Part shown: in pieces, positions 1-9,621 of the stretch
Layout of the letters: every line of letters begins with the position of its first letter
How positions within the stretch are numbered: position 1 is the stretch's first letter
NCBI GenBank assembly: GCA_013265495.1
Contig: MU058714.1
Span: 1,118,001 to 1,178,000, forward strand
Source: Vicugna vicugna
Lineage: Eukaryota
Length of the DNA: 60,000 nt
Reading direction: 5' to 3'
Notes under the pieces: model-generated
What the model was told of the DNA's origin: nothing
Databases searched by the model: none
The model's input: only the letters and a program-made list of their open reading frames with translations
Program-made: the position numbers and the translations under genes

Positions 1-116
1 CTCTTTGGAACTCGAGAAGCCTAGGAGACTAAAGTTTTCCTACAGACAAAAGGTGGGCAGAGGACGTGGCAGGGGGGTCTGTCTCGGGAAGGCCCCACAG
101 GGTCCTGCTCATTACA
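1..116. mobile_element. Probable ERV-type LTR fragment (end of element)
   Basis: Ends ...ccccacagggtcctgctcattaca, resembling mammalian ERV LTR termini; family not determined. Confidence 0.35.
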
Positions 117-139
117 CTTCCACGTGCTAGGGCTTGCGG

Positions 140-316
140 GCAAACCACCAGAAGCTGGGAGAGAGGCAGGTTCTTCCTCACAGGCTCCGGAGAGCCAGCC
201 CTGCCAACACCGGGATTTCAGCCTTCCAGCCTTCAGACCATGAGACACTAAGTTTCTATTGTCTAAGTGGCCCAGCCTGGGGGAACCTGTCACGACAGTC
301 AGAGCAGACTAACACA
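140..316 (+). mobile_element. MaLR (MLT1-type) LTR 3' part
   Basis: cagccctgccaacacc...ttcagccttccagccttcagaccatgaga...gtttctattgtctaag...gactaacaca resembles the recalled MLT1 LTR end. Confidence 0.7.
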
Positions 317-1699
317 ATCTGAAAAACAGGGTCTGAGTGGCTGAGGGGTGCAACCACATGCTTTTCCATGATTGCCTGGATTCCATGAGAGCCGGGTTCT
401 GGGAGCCCAAGCAGCTGCAAGGCAACATTCCGGGGGAAGTCAGGACCATGGGGCAGGCTGGGGGTTCCCGACTGCTCTGAGAAGATTTCATTTCTTAAAA
501 TGACAAGCAAGTGGCTTAAGATTCTCAGTTCAAGGGAGAGTTAGGAGAGTAGGCGGGAGGCGGGACCCCCGTAAAAGGAAATCTGAGTACTTGCAGAGGG
601 AACGTTGTGGCTGGAAATCATTGCCCATGTCTCATCCTGCGGGTTGTAAGATTACAGTGTAAATTGAATTCTCAGCCTCACCAGGTCAGAGCACTGAGTG
701 TGAAAGAGTCAGATGGAGAAGGCCCAGGGGACTGACCTTGACCCCTATGCCTCCTGCATAATCCTGTTAAGCCTTGCCTTCTGGTGGAAGCCACCCTGCT
801 CCCCGTCTGAGGCGGCCCCCCACCATGTGAAGCCCCCACCAAAAGCAGTTGCCTGCTAAGGGGACACGGCTTCTCTTCAAGACCTCACCCTGTGAGCCCT
901 CCTTGTCTCCAGACCCATAGCTGCAGTGAGATCCTAGCTGACTCCAGGGAGGTGAGAACTCCATCACACCCCAAAGACTCCAGGATATCGCTGACCCTCA
1001 CCACACAGGTGCGTGATGCGGCCGACACTGGGCGAGCTGGACAGGGCCCAGGCACTTGAGACTCCGGGCCCTACTGTTTGCTTTCGTCTATAAGAAGATC
1101 CTTTGTACCTGGGAACTTGGACTTAACATGGCCCGGCTGAGATGCCAGCAATTCCCTGGTCTAATATAGAGGAAACCTGAAGGGCTGGGGCAGATAAGGA
1201 CCAGACATGAATGTATCAGGTGCAGCCTGCCCCTCGTTGAGTCCCCGAGCACACGCCCTGCACAGAGGCCTGGAGAAAGCCCTGGGTGAGGACCTCGGCT
1301 CCTTGAACAGCTCTCCAAGGTCTGCAGGCCCGGAATGAGAGTAGAGCTGCTGCTGTCCAGACAAGGCCTCTGATTTCTCCTGGGAACTGGGAGGGCTTGG
1401 CCCAGAGATAAGGTGGGCAGGTTCCAGGAAAGTGCAGCAAACTCTAAGCGGTCGTTATGATGGACAGTGCTAGGGGTACCCTTGGCCCCGGCCAACCGCA
1501 AACAACGGACAGTCTCAGAAAGCTGAAATTGACCATGAAGAAACAGCCCACGTCTGGCAAACAGAGATCCAATGTGAAGCACCTCAGTGGAGGGAGGGTG
1601 ACCTCTCGTCCAGTTCCAGGGTTGAACGGAGGGGAAGATGGGTTCCCTGTGAAGGATTCTGAGAAGTATTCCCTGCAGACCCTCCCCAAGGTGCCTACC

Positions 1700-2030
1700 T
1701 TTGTTCCAGTTACTACTGCTGCGTAACAAACCCCTCACCCTGAAACTTAATGGCTTAAAAAGACACCCACCATTTATCTGGCTCATGGATCTGCACGCAG
1801 GCGGAGTCTACAGGGAAGCTCATCCCTGCTCCGTGTGGCCCGGCCGACGGGGGACTGGAACTCCCCTAACAAGTCTGTGCACCCACCCAGCGGGCAGTGG
1901 TGCTGACCCTCCCCACGCAGGCCTCTCCAGGGGCAGCTGGCTCCTCTCACTTGGTGGCAAGTCCCAGGGGACAGCAGCCTTTTGTGACCTGGTCCTAGCA
2001 GTCACAGAGCACTAGTCTTCCCATTGGTGA
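1700..2030 (-). mobile_element. MaLR (MLT1-type) LTR, degraded
   Basis: agttactactgctgcgtaacaaa...aaacttaatggcttaaaa...catttat is the typical antisense MLT1 start. Confidence 0.6.
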
Positions 2031-2874
2031 GGGCCTCTGTGGGACTCCACTGCCTTGGCTGGCTCGTGGTGATGGAGCCAGAACTGGGGATGTTCCTCCT
2101 TTGCCAGCGAGCTTGACACGGCGTCAGTGCAGTGCTGGGGTGATGCTGCCCGGTTCGCGGAGGAGGGGGCTCCCCTTTCTACTGCTGCACTTTTCTCCTC
2201 TGGGGATGCAGCTGGCGGGGGATGGGCTCCTTAATGAGTCTCCCCACCACCCCTGGGCTGCTTCTTGCAGACCCCCAGTCTTTCCCACTCCCTGGGCCCT
2301 GTGATTGAGGGAGAACCAGGGAGCATCGCTGTAAGCGATACCACACAGTGATCCCCACGTCCCCAAAGGACCCCGCACCTGCTGACCAAAGTAACGCTGC
2401 GCTGGGGAAAGGAAACACCCCAGCCCATCTGGCACATAAAGACACTGGCTTTAAATGGATGCTAAGTCCTGGGGATGCCCTGACACCACAGTGGGCCACC
2501 AGTCTGGGGTTTTCATGGTGGTCGGGGGGTATGTGCAGGGGTCACTGTGGGGCCAGTCAGCCCACAGACCCACCCTGCAGCCCTTTCCCCAGTTCTTGGA
2601 CATCAGATTGGACCAGACATAAAGAATCCACGTACTGCCTCTCATAGGGATACCTGTGGTGGGAAGGGTTCAGTGGAAGCCATGTCCCCTCCCTGCCAAG
2701 ACTGCACACTCAAAGCAACACTGCGGTCCTGGGGGATTACAGGGGTTAGTGCCGCCACGAAGGATCTCAAAGATGCAGGTGTGGCCTTACCTGTCGCATC
2801 CCCATCCACCTCACCTTTGTGGTCCCTGCAGGGTCAGGTGGTCTCGGAGAACGACTGTGCATTATCGTGAACTC

Positions 2875-2981
2875 CCTGTCTCTCTGTGCCACGTTTTTGG
2901 TAACTCTTTCAATATTTCGAACTTTTTCGTTATTATTACGTTTGTTACAGTGATCTGTGAGAAAAGACCTCTGATGTTACT
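2875..2981 (+). mobile_element. Tigger1 DNA transposon, 5' internal fragment
   Basis: tctctgtgccacgtttttggtaactctttcaatatttcgaactttttc...gtgatctgtga...gatgttacta resembles the recalled Tigger1 5' region. Confidence 0.65.
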
Positions 2982-2982
2982 A

Positions 2983-3212
2983 CAGGCAGACCTCAGAGAT
3001 ATTATGGGTTCCATTTTTGCAATAAAGCGAATATGAAAATAAATAGAGCCACACAAATTTGTTGGCTTCCCAGTGCATATAAGTTATGTTTACTCTATAC
3101 TGCAGCGTATTAAATGTGCGATTGCATTGTCTTTAAAAAGCACGTACCTTAATTAAAAATACTTCATTGCTAAAAAATGCTAACCGTCATCTGAGCCTTC
3201 AGCGAGTAGTGA
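2983..3212 (-). mobile_element. Tigger1 DNA transposon 3' end including terminal inverted repeat
   Basis: TA followed by caggcagacctcagagatatt...gcaataaagcgaatat...ttcccagtgcatata...catctgagccttcagcgagt, the reverse complement of the recalled Tigger1 3' end. Confidence 0.75.
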
Positions 3213-3214
3213 AA

Positions 3215-4020
3215 CGCAGGTGGAATGCACGGTCCGGGGAGGCTTCCCCAGGCGAGTCCGCGGCGGTGCGCGTTCTGCGGCGCTTGGCCCCGCGCGGCCG
3301 CCGTAGCGGGGGGGGAAAAAAAAACGCGGGCCGGGCGGGCCGCCATGGGCAACCTGTTCGGCCGCAAGAAGCAGAGCCGGGTCACGGAGCAGGGCAAGGC
3401 CAGCCTGGTGAGCTGCCGGCCCCGCGCGCGGGGGCCCGAGGCCGGGCGGGCTTCCCTGCCCCCGGGGCCCGTCCGGCGCGGTGGGCGGCGGGCCTCCCGT
3501 GCGGCGCGTGCCCGGGCCCCGTTCCGCCGAGTCCGAGCGAGCGCGGTCGCTGTGGGCTGCGGGCTGCGGGCGGCCCCGGTGCGGCGGCCGAGCCGCCCCT
3601 CGGGTCTCGGGAGGCGGTGCGGCCTCGCCCTGTTCCGCGGTCACCCCTTGTCCGTGGACGAGGCCGCGCCCGCAGGTGCGGTTCCTGAGCTGCAGCCCCG
3701 CGCCCCGGCGCCGGCCCGGTACTGCCCTGCTTTGCCGTGGCCCGTCTGGGGCAAAGCCAGGGCCTGCGCCTGGGCGGGAGGCCGTGGGGAGGGGATGGCC
3801 GCGCAGTGTGGCCTTGTCGCTGCGCCCAGAACCGGGGCTCTAAGGAGACCGGGCCCTGGTTGTGGGACCGTCGTGTTCCGTGTGACTGGGACTCCAGGTG
3901 GGCTCGGGATCTGCCTTGGTCCTTGCTCCGACCTGTGGCCTGTGCGGGCCCTGAGGCACTGAGGCCTCGCCAGGGTCCCCAGGCTGGCGGGCCGCCCTCC
4001 AGACGCCGGTCTCTGAGACC
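3215..4020. promoter_or_regulatory. CpG island / promoter of CHMP6
   Basis: Very dense CpG and GC content around exon 1; GC box gggcggg just upstream of the Kozak context gccgccATGG. Confidence 0.9.
3345..3407 (+). CDS. CHMP6: CHMP6 (charged multivesicular body protein 6, ESCRT-III Vps20) coding exon 1
   Basis: gccgccATG; encodes MGNLFGRKKQSRVTEQGKASL with N-terminal myristoylation Gly2; donor CTG|gtgagc. Confidence 0.97.
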
Positions 4021-5402
4021 ACACCAGACCCTCCAAGTTTTGGATGGTGATGTACCTGCCTGTGGATTCAGGTGTCCCTTCCAGGGAGTGCTGGGGCAAA
4101 AGCTAGTTTCTGTGGAAAGAATCGCCGGCTAGGTTAAGTGAAATGAGGTGCCAAGAATAATTCATTTTCAAAAGGAAAGAAATGTGTCGAGGAGGAGACG
4201 GCCCAAAACGTGAGCAGCGTTTACCTTTGCTCTTTTTTTTTCCCGTATATTTTTTCAACAAAAAAAAAATGTGATTTTTGCACTAAGAGAAAAACGAATC
4301 CAAGTAACAAGTGACGCTTGTTTATTTTTCGGTTGGTTGGTATTTTGTTGTTGTTTTAACTGTGGCTTCTGAAACCATAAGTTATGAAACTTTTTAACTG
4401 AAGTTCTCCAGTCTAAGAAGAGACAACAGGCATGTTTGTCGCTGGAGAAGATCGTAGCTTTGGGTGCTTAGTGTGGTCGGGTGCACACGACAGCAAGGTG
4501 TGCCCTGCCTCCTCCCTCTGCTGCTGGGCTTACCCCTCTGGCTGAGCAGGAGGCCCCCAGGCTACTCTCTTCCCTCTCTAGGGACTCACCTTTGGGTTTC
4601 TTTTCAAGGAGGCCTTCCTCTTGCCAAGGATTCACGTTGGTGGGGTCACAGTAGAACAAAACATTGCCTGATAATTTCTGAGGGTGAATAGCTGAGTCGA
4701 GAAGCTTCGAGCTCCAGCGTGCTGTCCTGTGACCTTCTGCCAAGACCCCTTGTTTTACAAAGCGGGCAGCCTGGTCGCACCTGCGGAGGAAAGGTGGCCA
4801 GAGCTGGGGACTGGCACAGAGGCTGGCGCCGGGTCTCCAGACGCCTCCCACTGAAGCCACAAAAGAGCAAAGCCAGGAGGGAGGAGGCCCCAGGCCCCAG
4901 CCATGGCTGGGCGGGATGGTGGCTCACGGTGACTGTCACCAGCACCTTCTGTGTTTCTGTGCCTTGGAGGTGCCGGCAGCGCTCCCTGGCCTGCCTGGCA
5001 GTGCTCACGCTCCTTGCCAATGGCAAGCGGGCAGCAAGGCTGTGCGGTGTGGGCACTGAGGGCGAGGGACTGTCTAGGGTGGGGGCAGGGGCGTCTTGGG
5101 CTGTGAGGGTACTGAGCTGCAGCCCTGGCCTCCACCTCCAGAGGCCAGTGGCATCCCCAGCTGTGACAGGCTGGGGTGACTCCAGACAGTGCCCCACATG
5201 CTCTGGGGGACAGACTTCTCCCCAAGGAGAGCTGTTTCAGAGGGTGTGCTTCCAGTGCTGGCGATCAGGGCAGCCTGGCTATGGTGGGGGCCCCTTCCGT
5301 GACCCTGGCAGCCTCCAGGCCGGCTCTCCCAGGGACTGGGTAGCCTGGCGTGGGTCCAGCGCTGCACGGGCTCAGTGTGGACACAGGCCTGCTCTCCGGC
5401 AG

Positions 5403-5512
5403 CAACTGAAGCAGCAGCGGGACCGGCTAAAGCAGTACCAGAAGAGGATCACCCAGCAGCTGGAGCGGGAGCGGGAGGTCGCCCGGCAGCTCCTGCGCGA
5501 CGGCAGGAAGGA
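5403..5512 (+). CDS. CHMP6: CHMP6 exon 2 (110 nt)
   Basis: ggcag|CAA; QLKQQRDRLKQYQKRITQQLEREREVARQLLRDGRKE; GA|gtgagt. Confidence 0.97.
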
Positions 5513-5598
5513 GTGAGTGGGGCCGGGTAGGGCCGGGAGGCTGGAGCAGGGGTGGGGCCGGGAGGCCGCTCAGTGTCACCGCTCGGGTTCCCCTGCAG

Positions 5599-5686
5599 GC
5601 GGGCCAAGCTGCTGCTCAAGAAGAAGCGGTACCGGGAGCAGCTCCTGGACAAGACGGAAAACCAGATCACCAGCCTGGAGACCATG
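5599..5686 (+). CDS. CHMP6: CHMP6 exon 3 (88 nt)
   Basis: ccctgcag|G; RAKLLLKKKRYREQLLDKTENQITSLETM; ATG|gtaggc. Confidence 0.97.
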
Positions 5687-6200
5687 GTAGGCCCGGCTGC
5701 GGCCGGGGGCGTCTGTGGGCCCCATGGGGCTGAAGTATGTCACCTTCCTTCCCTGGGCCCCTCAGCCAGAGCCCAAGGAGTGGGTCTAAGGAGGAGGGGA
5801 GACTCTTCGATGGGAACCTGGCCATCTTCAGGGGCTGGGGGCAGGTTGGCTCTTGCAGGCTCGGGGGCTCTTGGGGGGCTGGACCCCTGCTGGGTGGTGG
5901 GGTTGGAGGTGTCCCGAGCGGCCCAGCTCTAGGCCCAAGTCTAGTTCTGCTCTGTTGCTAACCAGAGCTGCTAGTAAGCAGTCGTGGTACTTTGAGATTC
6001 TTCCCGGGTCCTCTCAGGCCCACCAAGGCCCCTAGTGGTGCTCAGGGCAGCAGGAACAGACAAGGGGGAGGCTGGGGCAGAGATGGTCTGCCCTGAGACC
6101 CAGCGGTCTTCATGGGCGGTGGTCTCATCCTCAGTGCCGTTGCGGGGTCTGCGTGAGGAGGCAGAAGGCTGGCCCCTGACCACAGGGCTCTCCCCCTCAG

Positions 6201-6287
6201 GTCCAGAGTATTGAGTTCACCCAGATTGAAATGAAGGTGCTCGAGGGGCTGCAGGTCGGAAATGAGTGTCTGAATAAGATGCACCAG
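6201..6287 (+). CDS. CHMP6: CHMP6 exon 4 (87 nt)
   Basis: ccccctcag|GTC; VQSIEFTQIEMKVLEGLQVGNECLNKMHQ; CAG|gtgagt. Confidence 0.97.
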
Positions 6288-7106
6288 GTGAGTCTTGCAA
6301 GTCTGGGGGCAGAGAGGAGGGGAGCAGGCGGAACAAGGAGAGGGCTTGTCCCTGACGCCACCCCTGCACCCAGGCTGTCAGGTGCATGGGAAAGCCAGTC
6401 ACTACCGGGAGAGGGTGACAGTCTGGTGGGACCAACAAACTCAGGAATGGTGGCCTGAGAATAGGGACCCAAACTATAAGTTGGGTTCACAGATGCTAAA
6501 GTGACTGGAGGGAAAGTCTGCTTAGAATAGGGGAGGGTTGTGGTGAACTAATCTGGAGGACTTCCTGGAGGAGGTGAACCCAGCCTCCTCTCAGGAAGCA
6601 GAACGGAGGTGGGCAGTAGGAGGAGAGGTGAGGCCCAGAGAGGCCGTGGCAAAGCCCCCACCCCGTCTCGTTCCTGACGAGTGGGTGGCACACAGGGCCA
6701 GGCAGACCTGGGTTGCACTGCTTTTCTGAGTGTCCAGTGTGGCCTACCTGCCAGTCAGGCAAAGGTGCTACTTTGAACCCAAAAGAAATCAAGTCGCCTG
6801 GCCGGAGAACGTTTTTTGTGCTGTTTACTAGCACTAGGCTTGATTTGGGTGCCAGAAGGTCCAGTGAGAAGGGCCCGCAGGATCCAGGGAGGTCAGTTGA
6901 GGCTTCTGAAAAGACTAGTCTGACGGCTCCACAGCCTCTGTGGATGGGCCCTGCCTGGGACACAAGTGACCAAGGATGAGCCACGTCCCACTTGGCTTCA
7001 TTCAGCAGAAACAGAGGGTCCGGGCCGTGTGCCCTGTTGGTTGGGGTGGCTTCATGCAGGGGTTGATGCTTGTCGTGCTGACGCACTCCCAACTTGTAAC
7101 TGACAG

Positions 7107-7172
7107 GTGATGTCCATAGAAGAGGTGGAGCGGATACTGGACGAGACCCAGGAGGCCGTGGAGTACCAGCGG
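7107..7172 (+). CDS. CHMP6: CHMP6 exon 5 (66 nt)
   Basis: tgacag|GTG; VMSIEEVERILDETQEAVEYQR; CGG|gtaggt. Confidence 0.97.
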
Positions 7173-7409
7173 GTAGGTGTTGCCGCGTCACTGGGACCCG
7201 CCTTCTGCCAGCCCAGGAGCTCGAGGGCCAACTTGCTGAGTGTCCAGCGCCACCCTCGAGGGCCAGGCCTCCCCACGCCACTGGGCGGCTGCCTTCTTTC
7301 TTTCGAGGAAGAGGAGCCTTGAGCCGGGGCCGTCTCCTTCCTCTGTGAGGGGCTAGCTTCCTCTGCCCCAGCCGGGCCGTGTGCCTCACCTCCGCTCCTC
7401 CTTTCACAG

Positions 7410-7490
7410 CAAATAGATGAGCTGTTGGCAGGAAGCTTCACGCAGGAGGACGAAGATGCCATCCTGGAGGAGCTGGATGCAATCACTCAG
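7410..7490 (+). CDS. CHMP6: CHMP6 exon 6 (81 nt)
   Basis: ctttcacag|CAA; QIDELLAGSFTQEDEDAILEELDAITQ; CAG|gtaaca. Confidence 0.97.
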
Positions 7491-7600
7491 GTAACAGGAC
7501 CCCGGGACTGACGCGGTCACTCGGGTGACGGGACCCCAGGACTGACGCGGTCACTCGGGTGACGGGACCCCAGGACTGACGCGGTCACTCGGGTGATGGG
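7482..7600 (+). repeat. 34-bp minisatellite, about 3.5 copies, overlapping the exon 6 donor
   Basis: Unit gtcactcgggtgacgggaccccaggactgacgcg at 7516 and 7550, partial at 7584, with a diverged first copy at 7482. Confidence 0.95.
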
Positions 7601-8035
7601 CCACCTTACTTCTGGTTCACTTACTTACTGACTCAGTTCTTCTCAAAACCCAAGGGGCTTCTGGGTACCCTCTGGGAACCACAGACACACCCAGTGCTAG
7701 CACCCAAGGGGACCACAGCAGAGGTGCCCCTGTGGCCCCTGACCTGCATGGGTGCCTGTTTCAAAGCCCATGACCCAAAATCAGATGGAACTCTGGGCGG
7801 GGAGCCCCTCAGGGTCCAGGCTGTTGGGCGCAGCCATCGTTCGTGGCCACCGCGCCCTTGGTGTTGGGAGTGGGAGGGATCCTGGCAGCCAGGGATGGCG
7901 CAGCCTTGGTTGGGTGCTGGAGGGTTCGTGTCCCACTGACATCCCGCTGAGAGCAGCTAAGCAAACAGGATGCCGTCGTCCCGAGAGAAGGACCATGGCG
8001 ATTGCATCTAACGGCCTTTACCCTGTTTCCTTCAG

Positions 8036-8090
8036 GAACAGATCGAGCTGCCAGAGGTTCCTTCGGAGCCTCTTCCCGAAAAGAAGCCAG
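8036..8090 (+). CDS. CHMP6: CHMP6 exon 7 (55 nt)
   Basis: tttccttcag|GAA; EQIELPEVPSEPLPEKKP containing the MIM2-type LPEVPSEPLP motif; CAG|gtactg. Confidence 0.97.
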
Positions 8091-8729
8091 GTACTGTCCT
8101 CGTCCTGTCCTTGGAGAGCAGTGAGTCCTAGAGGGTCCCGGCCGCGGGGTCCTGCCCTTCCTGCCCAGCGAGGGTCGTGTCCCATCGCCCACAGGTGCTG
8201 GGCCACGTGCTGGCACCAGCCTGGGAGCTCAGGCCGACGCGGGGCCTTACCCTGAGGTCGAGCCCAGCTTTCTGAGGGGTCTGGGGAACCTTGTGAGAGC
8301 CAGACCCATCTGGAGAGGCATGCCCTGAAGGTAGAGCCAGGAAAGGGCCCGTTTAGCCAGGCAGGCGCCCTCAGTGCAGCCAGGACCCGCCGTCCTCGGG
8401 CTGTCACAGGGACAGCTGTCCCGGGCGTCACTTACACGCGCCCTCAAGTTCTCCACGCCGATCGGTCCTCCGTGAGTCCCCTTGGCTCTCTGCTCCTCGC
8501 TGCCCCTCAGCCTCCTCTCTGGCCCAGGGGAGGGGCTGCTGTCCCATCTTGAGTGCGGCTCTGTTGCTGGCCCACCGGTGTCTGCGTGCAGCTCGCCTCC
8601 CCGGAGCCGTGCCTGCCTTCTCAGAGCACGAAGGCCTGGGCCTGGCACCTTGCCGCCTCTGATCCTTCCTGGGGAATTTCGCCTGCAGGGTCTTGTTGCG
8701 CAACAGACGTGTCTGTGTTTCCTCCACAG

Positions 8730-8785
8730 AGAAAGTCCCCGTCAAGGCCGGGCCCAGGCAGGCGGAACTGGTGGCAGCCTCATAA
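8730..8785 (+). CDS. CHMP6: CHMP6 exon 8 coding part (56 nt including TAA)
   Basis: cctccacag|AG; EKVPVKAGPRQAELVAAS*; exon lengths sum to 606 nt = 201 aa + stop. Confidence 0.96.
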
Positions 8786-8987
8786 CACGGCCTCCTCACG
8801 TGGGACTCGCAGGGAATGCCGAGGACTGGGGCCCAGTGATTGGGCGTGCGGCCGGCCCTGACCGGGCTCCCAGGAGGCCGGCGCCATGCCGGCCGGCCGG
8901 GTGCTGACGGAGCCGCTCGCACACCGGCGCCCTCTCAGGACGCCCACGGGGCGTTTCCAGGCGCCGCTGTCCTGCTCTCGTTTCTGG

Positions 8988-8993
8988 ATTAAA
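8988..8993 (+). terminator. Candidate proximal polyadenylation signal (ATTAAA) for CHMP6
   Basis: ATTAAA about 200 nt after the stop codon in otherwise GC-rich UTR. Confidence 0.45.
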
Positions 8994-9615
8994 CCCTGCA
9001 GCCAGCGCAGCTTCCGAGGCTGTGGTTCCTGGGGCCGGGCCGGGCCCGTCGCGCCTGGTGCCGGTCACTCGTCCTGGTGCACGCGGCTCCGCTGGCCGCC
9101 GTCCCCCAGCGCTGTCTGCTGTGGGGGGATGCGTCAGACCCCGCCTCCCACCCTCCCCTCTCCCCTCTCCCTCTTCCTGCTGCTCCTGTCCGCTGGCAGG
9201 GGCTTCAGTTCAGGGGTCCCTGCCTTGGCCTGGCTTCCTGACATGCTATTTCCATGTAGATTTGGGGTGGAAGGCTCTCTGTGTGTATCTGTCAGCGTTC
9301 TGGGGCAGGGGGCCAGGAGGGGCGTCCCTGCTGGATCGACGACTTCGGGAGCCCTAACCACCCCATCCCTCCCGAGTCTGTGCACAGAGGTCAGTCCTGC
9401 TGAGAAGGGACGTTCCAGGACAGCCAGTGCATCCGGCCGGGTCCCCCGAGATGCCAGCTGGGAGCAGTCAGCAGCCAGGCGGGGGCTGCGGAGGATGGAG
9501 AGGACTTCCCTGCTTCATGGGTTGTTTCAGAATTAGACAGTCTCACTGGGATTTCACTCCCAAGGGGGTGAAGTCAAAGGGGACCCTCCTAGCCCCGCAG
9601 ACAGGCCAAGCCCAT

Positions 9616-9621
9616 ATTAAA
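9616..9621 (+). terminator. Candidate distal polyadenylation signal (ATTAAA) for CHMP6
   Basis: Second ATTAAA about 830 nt after the stop codon. Confidence 0.45.

Noticed and set aside
1088..1786. 232-aa minus-strand ORF with a faint PH-domain-like look (HLIHSCLVLICPSPSGFLY)
   Set aside because: Starts inside an MLT1 LTR, has no convincing exon structure and no reliable family match; overlapping plus frames look equally protein-like
3225..3962. 245-aa ORF containing the CHMP6 N-terminus
   Set aside because: Read-through of exon 1 into a stop-poor CpG-island intron; the real exon is 3345-3407
4719..5516. 265-aa ORF ending in CHMP6 exon 2 (possible alternative N-terminus)
   Set aside because: Non-ATG start and intronic GC-rich low-complexity sequence; a canonical acceptor at 5401-5402 explains the exon
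7482..7600. CRISPR-like 34-bp palindromic repeats
   Set aside because: Units are contiguous with no unique spacers, and the context is a eukaryotic intron; it is a minisatellite
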